Below, one piece after another: positions 20,031-27,860 of a stretch of 64,000 bases of DNA. Location: contig JAGVVH010000009.1 in NCBI GenBank assembly GCA_019135895.1, forward strand, positions 7,189 through 71,188. The letters run 5' to 3'. A program made the translations under genes and the position numbers. Each line of letters opens with the position of its first letter. The first letter of the stretch is position 1. The DNA comes from Bacteroidota bacterium. Lineage in GTDB: Bacteria > Bacteroidota > Bacteroidia > Bacteroidales > WCHB1-69. The notes beneath the pieces were generated by a model. The model saw nothing but the letters and a program-made list of their open reading frames with translations, was not told the origin of the DNA and did no database searches.

Positions 20031-21410
20031 ATGAATACTTCCGATACCATTTGTTCGATTTCAACCCCACAGGGTGTTGGAGCCATTGCCATTGTCAGGG
20101 TTTCAGGAGACAAGGCTTTCGAGATTGTTAACAAGCTTTTTAAAGATGATTTTGAATTTCTCAAAATTCCAAATAACATGGCTAAACTTGGAGAGATTTT
20201 CGAAAATAATTTTCTGATTGATCAGGTTATTGTCACAAAATATGTTCACCCACACTCCTACTCCGGAGAAGATTTGGTTGAAATATCCTGTCATGGGTCA
20301 CAATATATTCAGAAAAAGATCATTGAAATGCTTATTGACCGAGGATGCAGAATAGCAAATGCAGGTGAATTCTCCATGCGTGCTTTTCTAAATGGCAAAA
20401 TGGATTTACCACAAGCTGAGGCCATTGCCGACTTGATTGATTCTCAATCCGAGGCATCACATAAATTAGCCATTAATCAGCTAAAGGGCAATTTCTCAAA
20501 AAAGATAAAAAGAATGCGTGAACAGTTTGTCAATCTTGCCTCTTTGATGGAACTGGAATTAGACTTCAGCGAAGAGAATGAACAATTTGCTGACCGCAAG
20601 GAGTTGACAGATTTGCTTAGTGAATTAAAAGAAGTTGTACAATCATTACTAAATTCATTTAAATTGGGGAATGTTCTAAAAAACGGCATTCCCGTTGCCA
20701 TCATCGGAAAACCAAATGTTGGAAAATCAACCTTACTGAATGCCCTTGTTGATGATGACCGAGCTATAGTTTCTCATATTCCCGGGACCACCAGAGACAC
20801 TATTGAAGATAGTTTCAATATTCAGGGAATCTGTTTCCGCTTTATCGATACTGCCGGCATTCGGGTTTCAAAAGATGAAATTGAGAACTTCGGAATTGAA
20901 CGAACATACAACGCCATAGAAAAAGCAGATATTATTCTTTATATGATAGATATTACAATGACTTCTATAGAAGATATTGAATCGGAGATGCTTTTTCTCG
21001 AAAACGAAATTGATTTAAACAACAAAAAATTAATTATAATTGCCAACAAAATTGATGAATTAAGCGAGATGCCTCATCATTTTACCGAATGGGAAGATTA
21101 CGACATCCTTTATATTTCTGCAAAAAGAAGAGTTAATCTTGAGGATATCTGTGATGCACTTATTGATTATGTTAACAGTAAAAAAATAAGTGATAACACT
21201 TTGCTCACAAATTCAAGACATTATGATATAATGGCTAAAATCAACGAATCAATTGAAAGTATTGAAAAGGGATTTGCTGAAAGCCGTCCCACAGACCTCA
21301 TTATGGTTGATGTCAATACAGCACTCCATTATCTGGGAATTGCCACAGGTGAAATATCTACAGATGAAATTCTGAATAATGTTTTCGGAAGATTCTGCAT
21401 CGGAAAGTAA
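20031..21410 (+). CDS. mnmE: tRNA modification GTPase
   Basis: 459 aa. G-domain motifs (GKPNVGKSTLLN, DTAG, NKID) and the family-specific C-terminal CIGK. Confidence 0.9.
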   Translation: MNTSDTICSISTPQGVGAIAIVRVSGDKAFEIVNKLFKDDFEFLKIPNNMAKLGEIFENNFLIDQVIVTKYVHPHSYSGEDLVEISCHGSQYIQKKIIEMLIDRGCRIANAGEFSMRAFLNGKMDLPQAEAIADLIDSQSEASHKLAINQLKGNFSKKIKRMREQFVNLASLMELELDFSEENEQFADRKELTDLLSELKEVVQSLLNSFKLGNVLKNGIPVAIIGKPNVGKSTLLNALVDDDRAIVSHIPGTTRDTIEDSFNIQGICFRFIDTAGIRVSKDEIENFGIERTYNAIEKADIILYMIDITMTSIEDIESEMLFLENEIDLNNKKLIIIANKIDELSEMPHHFTEWEDYDILYISAKRRVNLEDICDALIDYVNSKKISDNTLLTNSRHYDIMAKINESIESIEKGFAESRPTDLIMVDVNTALHYLGIATGEISTDEILNNVFGRFCIGK

Positions 21411-21537
21411 GTATAAGAAGAAAAAGTTATTTTTTTTATTATTCATTAATATAATAAGTCCTACTAAAAATAGAAATTCAAATACCTTTTAACAGAGACT
21501 TTCACATTCAATTTATATTAACATTAAAAAAACAATC

Positions 21538-22347
21538 ATGAAAACAACAAAATTTTTAATTATCGCAATTGCGATAATTCTATTTTCTTCATGTATGCCT
21601 AAATTCTATTATCAGGTATACAAGGCAACTCCGGTAAATTCATCACAGACGACGGATAACGCTTTAATATTTGAAGACAACAATTGCAAAGTAAGTTATA
21701 ATTTTTGGGACAAAGGTGGAGACGCCGGATTCAGTTTTTATAATAAAACAGATAATAATATTTATATTAATAAAGAAGAGTGTTTTTTCATTCTCAACGG
21801 AATAGCTTACGATTATTTTAAGAACAGGGTTTACACCAGTTCCACCAATGTTGGAAGCAATACAGGAGCTGTTACTTCACAAAATATTTCATATTCACAA
21901 TCTGTTTCTGTTTTAGGAAATACGATGGTAGGTTCAGGATATTCTGTTTCATTCGCCGAAGAAAAGGTAATTTGCATTCCGCCACATAGCTCAAAAATAA
22001 TTTCAGAGTATAACATTAACGAATCCTTATACAGAAATTGCGACCTATACCTTTACCCCTCCAAAAGAGAAATCAAAGCCAAAGAATTTACAAAGGCTGA
22101 CAGTCCTTTCATATTTAGCAATAGAATTTCTTATATTTTGGGTAAAACAGGAAATACGGTTGTCTTAGTAAATGAATTTTTTGTTTCCGAGATTACCAAC
22201 TATCCCGAAAAGGAGATAACCGAATGGAAATTTGATGAATTTTGCGGAAGGAGAAGTATGATCATGACAAAATATATAAAGAACGTTTCTCCGGATAAAT
22301 TTTATATCTATTATATGGATAAAAATGACGACTGGGGAGGACATTAA
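21538..22347 (+). CDS. hypothetical lipoprotein
   Basis: 269 aa with a signal peptide and lipobox (LFSSC). No recognisable domain. Confidence 0.5.
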   Translation: MKTTKFLIIAIAIILFSSCMPKFYYQVYKATPVNSSQTTDNALIFEDNNCKVSYNFWDKGGDAGFSFYNKTDNNIYINKEECFFILNGIAYDYFKNRVYTSSTNVGSNTGAVTSQNISYSQSVSVLGNTMVGSGYSVSFAEEKVICIPPHSSKIISEYNINESLYRNCDLYLYPSKREIKAKEFTKADSPFIFSNRISYILGKTGNTVVLVNEFFVSEITNYPEKEITEWKFDEFCGRRSMIMTKYIKNVSPDKFYIYYMDKNDDWGGH

Positions 22348-22499
22348 TTTTTTGTCTGAAGTATTTATCAGCTAACTATTTTTACTTTTACTATTCCAAA
22401 TTGAAAGAAATGATTTTTAATTTATATAAGTTTATTTATTGAATTTCTTAATAGTAAAATATATACTTTGTACAAATGAAAAATTATTGATGAAGAAGT

Positions 22500-22910
22500 A
22501 TGATGAGAATAATCCCATTTTTAATAATCTTAATCTCCTGTTTTAACTTTGCTTCAGCACAAGTTATTGAGGAGAGCCATCATTCCACTGTTGGCTACAT
22601 CCATAATAACGGAACAATAGAAGACAGCCACCATTCTACCATCGGTTATATAAAAAGCGATGGAACCGTTGAAGACAGCCATCATTCTACCATCGGCTAC
22701 ATTAAAAGCGATGGAACTATTGAAGACAGTCACCATTCCACTATCGGTTACATAAAAATTGATGGAACCGTTGAAGACAGTCACCATTCCACCATCGGTT
22801 ATATCAAAAACGATGGAACCGTTGAAGACAGTCATCATTCCACTATCGGCTATGCAAAAGGGATAAATAAGCAATGGGCTGCTGTATTTTTCTTCTTCCA
22901 TTTTTATTAA
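22500..22910 (+). CDS. secreted tandem-repeat protein (17-aa E-D-S-H-H-S-T-I-G-Y-I-K-x-D-G-T-V units)
   Basis: N-terminal signal peptide (possible lipobox LISC, or a cleavage site after ASA). It has 5.7 copies of a 17-aa repeat and a hydrophobic tail (WAAVFFFFHFY). Confidence 0.6.
   Translation: MMRIIPFLIILISCFNFASAQVIEESHHSTVGYIHNNGTIEDSHHSTIGYIKSDGTVEDSHHSTIGYIKSDGTIEDSHHSTIGYIKIDGTVEDSHHSTIGYIKNDGTVEDSHHSTIGYAKGINKQWAAVFFFFHFY
22569..22859 (+). repeat. in-frame 51-bp tandem repeat, about 5.7 copies
   Basis: The repeat units start at 22569 and recur every 51 bp. Copies differ mostly at synonymous third positions. Confidence 0.9.
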
Positions 22911-22920
22911 AAAAAGTATT

Positions 22921-23286
22921 ATGAACAGTGTAGATGAGTATATTGCCTGCTTTCCTGAAAATGTTCAGGAGATTCTACGTAAAATTCGGGCAACCATTCT
23001 GCAAAAAGCCCCGGAAGCAATTGAAGGATTCTCCTATCAAATGCCAAGTTACAAAACGGACGGAAGAGTATTAGTCTATTTCGCAGCTTTCAAGCATCAT
23101 ATAGGATTTTATGCCACTCCCACTGGGCACGCTGCTTTCAGTGAAGATTTGTCCCGGTATAAACAAGGAAAAGGCTCCGTTCAGTTTCCACTTGACAAAC
23201 CCATCCCTTATGAACTAATAGCACAAATTGTGGAATTCAGGGTAATAGAAAATTCAATCCTCTCGAAAAAAAATAACAAAAGATAA
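22921..23286 (+). CDS. DUF1801 (YdhG-like) domain protein
   Basis: 121 aa. The pattern VDEYI...P......L..IR..I....P...E...Y.MP.Y......(V)YFAAFK.HIGFY is typical of the DUF1801 family. Confidence 0.6.
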   Translation: MNSVDEYIACFPENVQEILRKIRATILQKAPEAIEGFSYQMPSYKTDGRVLVYFAAFKHHIGFYATPTGHAAFSEDLSRYKQGKGSVQFPLDKPIPYELIAQIVEFRVIENSILSKKNNKR

Positions 23287-23289
23287 ATC

Positions 23290-23820
23290 ATGAAACAAAT
23301 TTCCCTACTATTTATCATTATCTCACTGTTGTTCAGCTGCAACAGAGAGACAACAAAAGAGGATAGCTCATCTTCAACTACTACTGAGGCTGTAATAGAA
23401 GATACGATTCCCAAAGTAACCGGCATCGGGGGCATTTTCTTTGGCTCAGAAAATCCCACAGAAATAAGAGAATGGTACGGCGAAAAATTGGGAATTGTTC
23501 TTGACGACTATGGTGCTGCATTTGAATTCAGAAATGCTAATCGGCCTGACGAAATCAATTATCTAAGATGGAGCCCAATGCAGAAGGGAAGTGAATACTT
23601 TCTTCCTTCCAAAAAAGAGTTCATGATAAATTACAGAGTTCAAAACATAGAAGGAATGGTTCGGAATTTGAAAGAAAAAGGCGTTACAGTCTTGGACTCT
23701 ATTTCCACCTATGAGTATGGAAAATTTGTTCATATTATGGATCCTGAAGGAAACAAAATTGAGCTTTGGGAACCCATAGACAGTATCTTAACCAAAATAG
23801 GTAGTAAAACAACAAAATAG
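23290..23820 (+). CDS. VOC-family (glyoxalase/bleomycin-resistance fold) lipoprotein
   Basis: 176 aa with a lipobox (LLFSC). The C-terminal pattern FVHIMDPEGNKIELWEP is characteristic of the VOC fold. Confidence 0.55.
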   Translation: MKQISLLFIIISLLFSCNRETTKEDSSSSTTTEAVIEDTIPKVTGIGGIFFGSENPTEIREWYGEKLGIVLDDYGAAFEFRNANRPDEINYLRWSPMQKGSEYFLPSKKEFMINYRVQNIEGMVRNLKEKGVTVLDSISTYEYGKFVHIMDPEGNKIELWEPIDSILTKIGSKTTK

Positions 23821-23993
23821 CAATCAACAATCTCCATAAATCCTAAAAAGTCAGCATTAAAATTTACGCACAAAAAAAGAATACCGATTAGAAAGAAAAT
23901 GAATAATTTTTATTACATTTTTACGTTCTACAAAATTAGAATATCGCTGCCGAAAGCCAAAAATCGGCTATTTATTAATTAATTTTCAATATC

Positions 23994-25256
23994 ATGACTG
24001 AAAATCAAATTAAGGAAAACATTGATAATCCGGCTCAGCTTGAGCTGCTGTTTAGGAACGACAAAAAGGGCTTCCAAAAAGCTTTTTATTCTGTTTATGA
24101 AGAAATATCAGCGCATCAAGCTGCAAAATTCTGGAAGAGTCGACTTGAGCAAGAATTTTCTACCACTATCAATAGAACAACGAGTCTTTCAGAAATTTTA
24201 TTATTGTTTTTAACTTGTGCAGTTACTTGCTTTTTCATTCAGATTCCCAACATATTCAATTTTCACTATACAGATGAAATCTTTTATCAAAGAAATGCCG
24301 GATTGATAGTTGTTTTTGGAATAGCAGCTTTTCTTTGTATTTCGAAAAAGAAATTTGTTCTCAGGAATATTATTATATCCTTACTTATTTTTATTGGAAG
24401 CGCAGTGTATGTTAACCTTTTACCTGTCAATAGTGAAAGTCAATCAATCATTTTAGTCTATTTACATCTGCCGTTTATGTTATGGTGTTTACTTGGTTTG
24501 GTTTACATAAATTTTGATATAAAGAATATTAATTTAAAAATTGACTACATAAAGTTTAATGGAGATTTGGCAATATGGTTTGTACTCATTCTCGTTTCCG
24601 GGATGATTTTAACCTTTATTACATTAGGATTATTTAATGCCGCCGGAGTCTCCATTGAGGAGTTTTATTTCGACTATATTTTGGTATGCGGACTGGTTTC
24701 AACTCCGATTATTTCGACGTACATCATAAAACATCAGTCAGAACTAACAAATAAGCTTGCCCCCATTATTGCAAGACTTTTCACTCCATTTGTATTGCTT
24801 ACTCTGATTTGTTATTTAATCTCAATTCCGATTGTTGGGCACGACCCTTTTCACGATCGCGATTTTCTAATTATCTTTAATATTATGCTTCTTGGGGTCA
24901 TGTTTCTCATCATTTTTTCTGTTTCTGAAACTTCCAAATCAGAAAAACAGCGTTTCAATGAAATCATCTTGTTATTAATGACTTTTGTTGCCATACTTAT
25001 TGATTTAGGGGCATTATCGGCCATCATATACAGACTTGAAGAATTTGGGTTAACGCCCAATAGAATTGCTGTGTTGGTTTCAAATTTGCTAATATTAACA
25101 AATCTCATTTTCATTTTAATAAACTTAATACAGGTTAATTTTATGAAAAGAGAGCTTCCCAAGGTTGAATCAACAATTTCAAAATTTCTCTATATTTACG
25201 CATTTTGGACAATTTTGGTCGTCTTCTTTTTCCCTCTCATTTTCGCATTTAAATAA
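23994..25256 (+). CDS. multi-pass membrane protein of unknown function
   Basis: 420 aa. A soluble N-terminal ~60 aa is followed by about 10 hydrophobic helices. Confidence 0.5.
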   Translation: MTENQIKENIDNPAQLELLFRNDKKGFQKAFYSVYEEISAHQAAKFWKSRLEQEFSTTINRTTSLSEILLLFLTCAVTCFFIQIPNIFNFHYTDEIFYQRNAGLIVVFGIAAFLCISKKKFVLRNIIISLLIFIGSAVYVNLLPVNSESQSIILVYLHLPFMLWCLLGLVYINFDIKNINLKIDYIKFNGDLAIWFVLILVSGMILTFITLGLFNAAGVSIEEFYFDYILVCGLVSTPIISTYIIKHQSELTNKLAPIIARLFTPFVLLTLICYLISIPIVGHDPFHDRDFLIIFNIMLLGVMFLIIFSVSETSKSEKQRFNEIILLLMTFVAILIDLGALSAIIYRLEEFGLTPNRIAVLVSNLLILTNLIFILINLIQVNFMKRELPKVESTISKFLYIYAFWTILVVFFFPLIFAFK

Positions 25257-25262
25257 GATTCC

Positions 25263-25904
25263 ATGCGAATTATAAAGATATCAATTCTTTTTATCCTGTT
25301 AATGCTGACTGGTATTATCATCACAATTTGGATAGCAGATAGTATCATTGATAAGAATAGCAATTATCTGGTTTACAATAATGCTAATCTTATTCCTAAA
25401 AATAAAACAGGACTATTGCTTGGCACCTGCAAGACATTGAGCAATGGATTGCCAAACGAATATTTCTCCAACAGAATAATGGCAGCGGTTGATTTATATA
25501 AATCCGGCAAAATTCAGTATATTGTTATTAGTGGAGACAATGGGAGTAAAGTATATAACGAACCCATGGACATGAAAAACGAACTTATCAGATTTGGAAT
25601 TCCAGCGGAGAGAATATTTTTAGACTATGCAGGTTTCAGAACCTACGATTCCATAATACGGATGAACAAAATATTCGGGCAAAAGAACTTCACCGTGATT
25701 TCACAGGATTTTCACACTCGGAGAGCCGTCTACATTGCAAAAAGAGTTCATTTGAATGCTATTGGATACAATGCCAAAGATGTAAACAAATATTACGGAT
25801 TTAAAACCATGCTACGGGAAAAGTTTGCACGTGTCAAAGTATTTATTGACTTATTGTTTAATAAAAAACCGAAATTTCTTGGAGAACCTGTCATTATAGA
25901 ATAG
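25263..25904 (+). CDS. SanA/YdcF (DUF218) family protein
   Basis: 213 aa with an N-terminal TM helix. GLLLGT, ISGDNG...YNEP and LDYAGFRTYDS are typical of SanA-like proteins. Confidence 0.7.
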   Translation: MRIIKISILFILLMLTGIIITIWIADSIIDKNSNYLVYNNANLIPKNKTGLLLGTCKTLSNGLPNEYFSNRIMAAVDLYKSGKIQYIVISGDNGSKVYNEPMDMKNELIRFGIPAERIFLDYAGFRTYDSIIRMNKIFGQKNFTVISQDFHTRRAVYIAKRVHLNAIGYNAKDVNKYYGFKTMLREKFARVKVFIDLLFNKKPKFLGEPVIIE

Positions 25905-25971
25905 AAATTACGCTGCGCTAAGTAATAAAAAAAATCTGGAAAAGATGAACAAAAATTACAACAGGTTGCAG

Positions 25972-26084
25972 CAAAATTTACATTAGTATTAAAGCAAATT
26001 TATATTAGATTAAAATTTATTTTTATTAGTATTAAAATATATTTTAATTAGTTTAAAATTTATTTCTATTAGTATTAAAATTTT
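25972..26084. repeat. AT-rich tandem repeat, 43-bp unit (about 2.5 copies), made of 21-22-bp half-units
   Basis: ATTAGTATTAAA occurs at 25982, 26025 and 26068. The variants ATTAGATTAAAA and ATTAGTTTAAAA occur at 26004 and 26047. AAAATTTAT(T)T precedes each long unit. Confidence 0.85.
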
Positions 26085-26116
26085 CTTCAACTGAAGTTAC
26101 CTTCACACCAAGAAAA

Positions 26117-26536
26117 TTAATTAACCAAAGACACCGATAAAGTAATATGGGTATTCAGCAATTTGGATATCGGACAAATTTGCTTTGCTTTTTCAGCAAT
26201 TTCACGAAACTTTTCTTCGGAAATACCTTCAACAATTCCAGTTAATCCAAGATGGATATTCGTAATACTGCCATCTTCAAAAGTCAATTTTGCCTCAGTA
26301 TCCAAATTTGTCGGAGTAAAACCATTTTCCCCTAATAAAAAACTTAACTGCATTGTAAAACATCCGGAATGGGCAGCAGCAATAAGTTCTTCCGGATTTG
26401 TTCCAATACCATCTTCAAATCTTGTTTTAAAAGAATATTGTGAATTCTGTAAAACAGAACTCTGAGTGGTTAAGGTTCCTTTACCATCTTTACCGGGACC
26501 TTTCCAATTGGCACTTGCTCTTCTAATAAATTTCAT
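26117..26536 (-). CDS. OsmC-family peroxiredoxin
   Basis: 139 aa. The two conserved Cys contexts (AHSGCF and KQICPIS) are in the spacing typical of OsmC. Confidence 0.8.
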   Translation of the reverse strand: MKFIRRASANWKGPGKDGKGTLTTQSSVLQNSQYSFKTRFEDGIGTNPEELIAAAHSGCFTMQLSFLLGENGFTPTNLDTEAKLTFEDGSITNIHLGLTGIVEGISEEKFREIAEKAKQICPISKLLNTHITLSVSLVN

Positions 26537-26705
26537 CTTACTTGTTTTTAATGATTATCTATAATAATTATCTTTATTGAATTGATAAAACAAAAAATCA
26601 AAGGAAATTGTTTAAATTGAGAAAGCACAAAATTTTCATATTTTAAATAATCCCATTATTTCATAAAAAATGTTATTACATATATTGAATTGATTTACTT
26701 TTTTT

Positions 26706-26713
26706 TATATTTG
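26706..26713 (+). promoter_or_regulatory. -7 element for the YD-repeat-like/yraN pair
   Basis: TATATTTG, 18 nt upstream of the ATG at 26732. Confidence 0.5.
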
Positions 26714-26731
26714 CAAATAAATATATATACA

Positions 26732-27505
26732 ATGAATTCCGAAGAAGATATAATCACAAACCCTGTTTACAAATCAAAACATAATGAGTGGGATGATAAT
26801 CGACTTAATGGCAGAATAAAATCAGTTAAAACATTAAGTTACTCTGTTAACGACTGTGACGGTGAAATTGAGAAGTTGTTATTACTATCCTCATTCGTTA
26901 AAAATTATAATTTACAGGGTCAAATTGTTTCTGCCTATAGTCTCTATGAAGATGGCTCCCCTGTTTGGGAATATATATTCAATGGTCACTCTTCAGAACT
27001 TGTACTTAACTGTGATTGTTTCAATTCCAAAAAAGAATTAGAAGAGCGAATAATCTTCCATTATGATAAGCAAGGAAACCTTACTGCTAAAATCTGTACT
27101 GATAAGGATGGAAAACAGCTATGGAAAATTGCGTTTTTTTATAATGAGGAAGGATTTTTAATGATGAAGGAATTTTTCACGGATAATAATCAGCAGATTC
27201 ACAAATACAGGGATTTCCAATATGATGAGAAAGGTCATCTGTTACAAATGTATGATTGTCCTGATGCCCACTCTACTTCAGAGATGCCTGATCATTTTTT
27301 CGACTTTAAAATATCATACAAATACAATGAGAATGGGGAAATAACAGAACGCTGTGAGACATCCCCTTCAGGAAGAAAAAACATTACGCAATTTGGATAC
27401 AAATATGATAATCACGGCAACTGGATTCAAAAAAAGGAGATAGCTCTCCCACTCAATATACTTACCGGCTTAAAAGAAAGAGTAATCGAATACTACCATG
27501 ACTAA
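26732..27505 (+). CDS. cytoplasmic YD-repeat-like protein of unknown function
   Basis: No signal peptide. There are at least six motifs of the form (F/Y)xY(D/N)xxG(x)(L/I): NYNLQGQIV, FHYDKQGNLT, FFYNEEGFLM, FQYDEKGHLL, YKYNENGEIT, YKYDNHGNWI. I chose the ATG at 26732, 18 nt after a TAnnTTTG motif. Confidence 0.5.
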   Translation: MNSEEDIITNPVYKSKHNEWDDNRLNGRIKSVKTLSYSVNDCDGEIEKLLLLSSFVKNYNLQGQIVSAYSLYEDGSPVWEYIFNGHSSELVLNCDCFNSKKELEERIIFHYDKQGNLTAKICTDKDGKQLWKIAFFYNEEGFLMMKEFFTDNNQQIHKYRDFQYDEKGHLLQMYDCPDAHSTSEMPDHFFDFKISYKYNENGEITERCETSPSGRKNITQFGYKYDNHGNWIQKKEIALPLNILTGLKERVIEYYHD

Positions 27506-27860
27506 CAACAATGAACTTGGAAAAGAAGGAGAAGAACTTGCAAAAAATTTTCTAATTAATCTCAACTACTCCATAATCCAAACAAACTGGCATTTCGGAC
27601 ATTTGGAAATCGACATTATTGCCGAAACCCCATCCACTATCATTTTCTGTGAAGTGAAGACACGAAGCTCTGACAAGTTGAGTAGCCCTGAAAATTCAGT
27701 TAATTTTCAGAAACAACGAAATATCATAAAAGCAGCCAACCACTTCGTGCTAAAGAACGGCATCAATAAAGAAGTCCGTTTTGATATAATTTCGATTATT
27801 CAAAAAAAGAATGGACCTGCCATTCAGCATATCCCGGATGCCTTTACCCCAAGATGGTAA
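27498..27860 (+). CDS. yraN: YraN-family (UPF0102) endonuclease-like protein
   Basis: 120 aa. GEELA..FL...Y.I...NW....EIDIIA......FCEVKTR and a C-terminal RFD(I)I pattern are present. Its start overlaps the upstream gene by 8 nt. Confidence 0.8.
   Translation: MTNNNELGKEGEELAKNFLINLNYSIIQTNWHFGHLEIDIIAETPSTIIFCEVKTRSSDKLSSPENSVNFQKQRNIIKAANHFVLKNGINKEVRFDIISIIQKKNGPAIQHIPDAFTPRW

Noticed and set aside
19946-20179. A 77-aa minus-strand ORF over the mnmE start
   Set aside because: It overlaps the conserved MnmE N-terminus and its promoter, and has no features of its own.
22569-22859. A possible CRISPR array, because of regularly spaced repeats
   Set aside because: The repeats are contiguous (51 bp, no unique spacers), in frame, and lie inside a signal-peptide-bearing ORF. 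No cas genes are in the window.
22554-22901. A 115-aa antisense ORF covering the tandem-repeat gene
   Set aside because: It is the mirror image of the 51-bp in-frame repeat, which stays open on the opposite strand by periodicity. The plus-strand ORF has a signal peptide and a synonymous-substitution pattern that support it as the real gene.
25972-26084. A possible CRISPR array or CRISPR remnant
   Set aside because: The units abut one another with no spacers. They are almost pure A/T and only 21-22 or 43 bp long. I report them as an iteron-like repeat instead.
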